Below are positions 52,637 to 56,707 of a stretch of DNA of 56,707 nucleotides, piece by piece; the stretch's first letter is position 1; each line of letters starts with the position of its first letter. Under the pieces are notes generated by a model, which had not been told where the DNA came from, ran no database searches, and saw only the letters and a program-made list of their open reading frames with translations. The translations under genes were made by a program, and so were the position numbers. Source of the stretch: a virus (Duplodnaviria; Caudoviricetes); IMG/VR virus record IMGVR_UViG_3300043608_000028, positions 1-56,707 of that record; one strand, written 5' to 3'.

Positions 52637-55600
52637 GTGCTTCTCCACGCCCTGTTCGATCCGGACCCGGCTCCGCTGTGGGCCCGTTCCTTCCTGCGCG
52701 CGCTGGAGGATGGCTTCCCCGTAGACACGGCTTTCGGGGTGCTCAGCCTGGAGGATCTCGAGGACGCCGACGGGAACGTGCCTCACCTCTCCGACGTCGA
52801 GGCCTCCGACGAGGATCTCGGCGCTGTCCAGGCGGTGATCCGGCGCTGGCCTCGCGGCCTGCTCCTCGGGTTCGACCCATCCTGCTACCGGCTCCCGCTG
52901 CCCTCCTACGAGATCGACGCGGAGGACCCCGAGGGGGCCCTGGCCGCAATCCTGACGGGCGCCACCGGGCGAGCCGCCTACAACACCAGGGTACGGATCA
53001 GGCTGGGGCACCTGGCTGTCACCTCGGCCATGTGGCCCACGGTCTGGCGCGGAATCCTGGCCGACTGGGGATCGCCGGAACAGAACGTGCTGCGCCTGGT
53101 CTGCCGCCATGACTCGGGCTGGCTCGAGGCGCCCCTGGCGAAGCACCGTGTCCGCGCTGGCGACTTCCCTCATGCTCACCTGAGCGCGCGCGGGGCCGTG
53201 CTGCCCGTGGCTGTAGGCACCTTCGACGCCCGCGCCACGACGGGTACGGGCGCGGTCCCCTGCCTCTACCTGGACACCCGGTCCACGGAGCGGCTCTTCG
53301 CCCCCCAACTCGGAGTCGCCCATGCGATCCCCCGGGTCTACCTGAATGGCACGCTGGCGGAGGAGGCCACCGACTACGACCTCGCGGCGGAGACGATCGC
53401 GGGCTTCGACTTCCGCACGATCCGCTGGCTCTCCGACCCGGGCGCTGATCCCGAGGTGTGGTGCGACCTCACCGGACTGGAGGACGTGGGCGACGGATCC
53501 GGGCGGCCGATCCAGACGCTGGCCCACCAGCTCCGGCACCTCCTCGTGAACTTCGGCTTCTCCGACTGGCGGTCCGGGGCATGGACCGATCCGGCCACGG
53601 CCCCCCTCAATCTCGGGACCTGGGAGGACGTCGGCCACGAGCTCGCCGCGAACCGGATGCGGCCGCGCGGCCGCGCCAACAACTGGACCCAGGGCCGGCG
53701 GACCGCCCTCCTGGTGGATACCGACGCGCGGGCCCTGGACGTGCTGAACCGGGCGGCCCTCGGGGCCGGCTTCTATCCATACTGGGACGAGGAGGGGCGT
53801 CTCGCCGTGGCCATGGTCAGCCACCGCACGGCCCGCGTCTTCTTCGAGGGCTCCCACTGGATCCGCGACGAGGACGTGCTCGGCGGCGAGGTCAGCCAGG
53901 TTCCCGCGAAGCAGAGGCTCCGAGACGAGTTCTCGACGCCGCCCTCGCTCGTCGCCGACCCCACGGTCAGTCACGACGCCGCCGAGGAGATTCCCTTCCC
54001 GTGGGCCGATCAGCCGATCCACGAGGCGGACCTCGTGCCCTACGAGACCACGAACGAGTCCGCGGCCTGGACGACGACGAGCCCGGGCGACCCCCACCAG
54101 GAGATCGACGATCCGCCCTACGTCCCGGATGACGCCACGACCCGGGCAACATGGGACGCGGCCTCGGCAACGGGCACGTTCCGGGTCCGGGCCCGATGGG
54201 CGGACCTGCCGCAGATGCCCGCGGGGCACTCCATCGCGGCAGTCTCCCTGCACTGGCGCGCCCGCTACGACCCGAACGGGGGCGGGACGCACACGATGAA
54301 GGCGGGCGTCTGGATCGGTGGCGCCGCCTTCTACAGCGCCGCGGGCGACCGGACCCTGACGACGTCATGGGTGGACTACGAAGACCTCTTCCTGCTCAAC
54401 CCCGACACGGCCGCGGCCTGGGATATGGCCGACCTGGGGCCGGACCTCCTCGAGCTGATCGTCTCCGCCACGCACACGGCCAGCCAGGACAAGCCGGAGA
54501 TCACGCAGCTCTTCGCGCGGGTCTACCTGGTCGCCGAAGGAGCAGCGGGGGACCTGGTGCGCGAGCGGCTCACGCGGGAGCTTCTGCTGGGCCGTCGGCC
54601 GCCCCTGATCACCGAGGCGATCGTGGGGCTCCACCGCGCCGCCATGGCCCCGGGCGATCCCTGCTCGGTCTCCGCGGTGACAGTGGTCGCCCCGGAGCAG
54701 TCCCCGGTCGGGACCGATGGCTGGGGGGTGGAGACGTGGCAGCGCCACCCACACGTGATGGCCGCCCGGTACCTGGACCTGGGCGAGAAACGCGCGCTGC
54801 TGCGCATGGTGGATGCTCGAGACCTCGTGGTCCCGATGTGGGAGGTTGACCGCGCCCTGGCCATCGCTCCCCAGGCCCAGGGCGTGGCCAGGATGGGGGC
54901 TTGGAGGGCGGGCCGCGCCGGGCAGCCCGGTGGCCGCCGCTTCTCCAGGCCCACGGACTCAGACGGGGACCCCACGGGGATCGACTCCATGACGGGGCCG
55001 AACGGGGACACCGTCTCGATCCCCGCGGACACCGAACGCTACAGCGCCGCCGGCAACCTTCTCATCGCGGCTCAGAGCGGGGCCGGGCCAGCCCAGGCTG
55101 CCGACAAGCTGCGGTATTCGTGGCACCACGACGCGCAGCCGTGGCCGATCGAGGGTGGCTCCGCGATCCTACACATCGACGCCGGGAGTGGCAGCGCGAA
55201 CGCGGCCATGGGCCTGGGCTCGGACCTGGTGATCGTAGAGAACGGGACCGACATCTTCTTTCGCCGGACCGTCGATGGCGTGGACTATCAGGCGACGATC
55301 GACCTTGCCGGGGCCGGGATCAGCGGCACTCTGATCGTGGGCCTGCGCTGGACGCCGGGCGAGGGCGGCCTTACCAGGCTCGACGCCGACGAGAACGAGG
55401 AGGACGTGCCGCCCTACACGCTCGACCTGTGGGTGCGGCAGGGTAGCCTCACGGCGCGCGCCGTCTCCGTGGTCGCTGTGGCCGGACATGCCTGCGTCCC
55501 TAACGGGAGCGCGAACCCCGCGCTCTGGATGGGCGCCGACCAGGACGGATCCCAGGCCCTCGACGGCGCTTTCCGCTTCCGTCGGGTCTGGCGGTCGCTG

Positions 55601-55645
55601 CTGACCGATGACGAGATGGCGGCGGAGATGGAGGCGCTCGCATGA
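52637..55645 (+). CDS. large tail-tip / hub protein with possible LamG-like C-terminus
   Basis: 1002 aa; position; ends LWMG.D..G...LDG.....RVW.SLLTDDEM. Confidence 0.65.
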   Translation: MLLHALFDPDPAPLWARSFLRALEDGFPVDTAFGVLSLEDLEDADGNVPHLSDVEASDEDLGAVQAVIRRWPRGLLLGFDPSCYRLPLPSYEIDAEDPEGALAAILTGATGRAAYNTRVRIRLGHLAVTSAMWPTVWRGILADWGSPEQNVLRLVCRHDSGWLEAPLAKHRVRAGDFPHAHLSARGAVLPVAVGTFDARATTGTGAVPCLYLDTRSTERLFAPQLGVAHAIPRVYLNGTLAEEATDYDLAAETIAGFDFRTIRWLSDPGADPEVWCDLTGLEDVGDGSGRPIQTLAHQLRHLLVNFGFSDWRSGAWTDPATAPLNLGTWEDVGHELAANRMRPRGRANNWTQGRRTALLVDTDARALDVLNRAALGAGFYPYWDEEGRLAVAMVSHRTARVFFEGSHWIRDEDVLGGEVSQVPAKQRLRDEFSTPPSLVADPTVSHDAAEEIPFPWADQPIHEADLVPYETTNESAAWTTTSPGDPHQEIDDPPYVPDDATTRATWDAASATGTFRVRARWADLPQMPAGHSIAAVSLHWRARYDPNGGGTHTMKAGVWIGGAAFYSAAGDRTLTTSWVDYEDLFLLNPDTAAAWDMADLGPDLLELIVSATHTASQDKPEITQLFARVYLVAEGAAGDLVRERLTRELLLGRRPPLITEAIVGLHRAAMAPGDPCSVSAVTVVAPEQSPVGTDGWGVETWQRHPHVMAARYLDLGEKRALLRMVDARDLVVPMWEVDRALAIAPQAQGVARMGAWRAGRAGQPGGRRFSRPTDSDGDPTGIDSMTGPNGDTVSIPADTERYSAAGNLLIAAQSGAGPAQAADKLRYSWHHDAQPWPIEGGSAILHIDAGSGSANAAMGLGSDLVIVENGTDIFFRRTVDGVDYQATIDLAGAGISGTLIVGLRWTPGEGGLTRLDADENEEDVPPYTLDLWVRQGSLTARAVSVVAVAGHACVPNGSANPALWMGADQDGSQALDGAFRFRRVWRSLLTDDEMAAEMEALA

Positions 55646-56707
55646 TTCTGATCGTCGGCGAGGACTACAACGCGATCGCGGCCGCGGCCCGCAACAACCC
55701 GTCGGCATTCACGGGGACGCCTGGCTTTGATTCCAAGTTCCCGGGGCGGAACGCCTACGACGGGCTCCCGGAGAAATACGTCCGCTGGCTGAAGGGTGTC
55801 GGCGACGGCGCCCAGCGCCGCGGGAAGTTCGACTCGAACCTGCTGAAGAACCCGGGGGCGGAGTCCGGCATGGTGGGTTGGAAGAAGACGGGGACCGTGA
55901 CGTCGTCCACGGACCAGGCCGCCACGGGCACGAAGAGCTTCAAGCTCACCGATGGCAGCCAGGTCTACCCGGCCACCGACATCAAGGTCCGGAGCGGGGA
56001 GTGGTACCGCGTCCAGGCCGCCTTGTTCGGCGCCGGTGCCGGGCTCTATGCCGAGGTCTACGTCCAGGACCGGAAGACCGGGCGTTGGCTCCAGGCTGAC
56101 GGGACGTGGGGCAACGAGACCTTCGTGATCCGCCGCGACACTGCCAGCTTCGCCACGTCGGGACTTTCTTTCCGGGCCGAGACCTACGCGGAGACCGGCC
56201 TCCACCGGACGTCGCTGCGCATCTTCGGCCGCGCCAACGGCGGCACCGTCTACATCGACAACCTGGTCCTCTTCCAGGGGATCAACTTCGTCTCCGACCA
56301 CGGCGTCGGCTTCCCGCGGCGCTTCGCTCCGCTGATCTACTGGTCGGACACCGGGGCGTTCGCCGGGGAAGAGACGCTGCTCTTCACGATGGACCCGCAC
56401 CAGCCCTCCTTCTACAGCTACCAGGAGACGATCGTCTTCCACCGCTGGTACCAGTGGCGCTTCACGATCGACGCGGACGTTGAGGGGCTCGAGCAGCCGA
56501 CGGCGGGAGAGATCGTCTTCGGGCAGGCGATGGAGTTCACGCTGCCGACGTCAGCTCGCGGCTTCTCCTCACGCTTCGGTTCGGGGATCAAGTACGGCTG
56601 GATCACGCCGGGCAAGAACCCGCCGAAGACGCTGGCCCTCGAGTTGGCGCAGCCGTCGCGTGCGGTTCGGAACCTGAGCCTTCCCTTCCGCGCCTACGAC
56701 GGGATCT
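55642..56707 (+). CDS. tail-tip (distal-tail-like) protein with CBM4/9-like insert; continues to 381 across the origin
   Basis: ATGA overlap; NLLKNPGAESG..GW...VYIDNL; open to the end of the window; missing from the ORF track because it wraps. Confidence 0.8.
   Translation, partial: MILIVGEDYNAIAAAARNNPSAFTGTPGFDSKFPGRNAYDGLPEKYVRWLKGVGDGAQRRGKFDSNLLKNPGAESGMVGWKKTGTVTSSTDQAATGTKSFKLTDGSQVYPATDIKVRSGEWYRVQAALFGAGAGLYAEVYVQDRKTGRWLQADGTWGNETFVIRRDTASFATSGLSFRAETYAETGLHRTSLRIFGRANGGTVYIDNLVLFQGINFVSDHGVGFPRRFAPLIYWSDTGAFAGEETLLFTMDPHQPSFYSYQETIVFHRWYQWRFTIDADVEGLEQPTAGEIVFGQAMEFTLPTSARGFSSRFGSGIKYGWITPGKNPPKTLALELAQPSRAVRNLSLPFRAYDGI
56581..56707. repeat. 127-bp terminal direct repeat, right copy
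   Basis: Identical to 1-127. Confidence 0.97.

Larger units (their letters stand above)
1..56580. mobile_element. complete temperate siphophage genome in excised/circular form
   Basis: Terminal overlap, single intact attP, full set of lysogeny, replication, lysis, head and tail modules; no tail sheath; no host genes. Confidence 0.95.

Noticed and set aside
1-56580. Selenoprotein genes or TGA recoding suggested by the selC target
   Set aside because: TGA stops coincide with ATGA/GTGA gene overlaps and no recognisable domain is interrupted by TGA

Overview
The window is one complete, circularly assembled temperate siphophage genome of 56,580 bp. Bases 1-127 repeat exactly at 56581-56707, and the last tail gene reads in frame across that join. 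The sequence is very GC-rich. Modules in order: (1) an intact attP whose core is the 3' end of a selenocysteine tRNA (selC), a tyrosine integrase and a short leftward lysogeny operon with a ribbon-helix-helix repressor and no recognisable CI; (2) a long rightward early operon (Fis-like HTH, excisionase, 30-unit pentapeptide-repeat protein, YqaJ/RecT, SMC-like and HerA-like ATPases, a C5 methyltransferase, a helicase-methylase fusion, HNH nucleases, a YdaU-like initiator, a RusA-like resolvase); (3) lysis genes (M15 peptidase, membrane proteins); (4) about 8 kb of lipoproteins and signal-peptide proteins; (5) HK97-like packaging and head genes; (6) a non-contractile tail with a -1 frameshift chaperone and tape measure. 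The most unusual feature is that at least six proteins whose mature parts look like tail-fibre or virion proteins carry N-terminal secretion signal peptides, three of them inside the core tail operon. Two of them share a conserved 39-aa module right after the signal. This suggests a phage that exports parts of its virion and finishes assembly or decoration in the periplasm, which is an inference needing the tests listed. All family assignments come from motifs read by eye; no searches were run.
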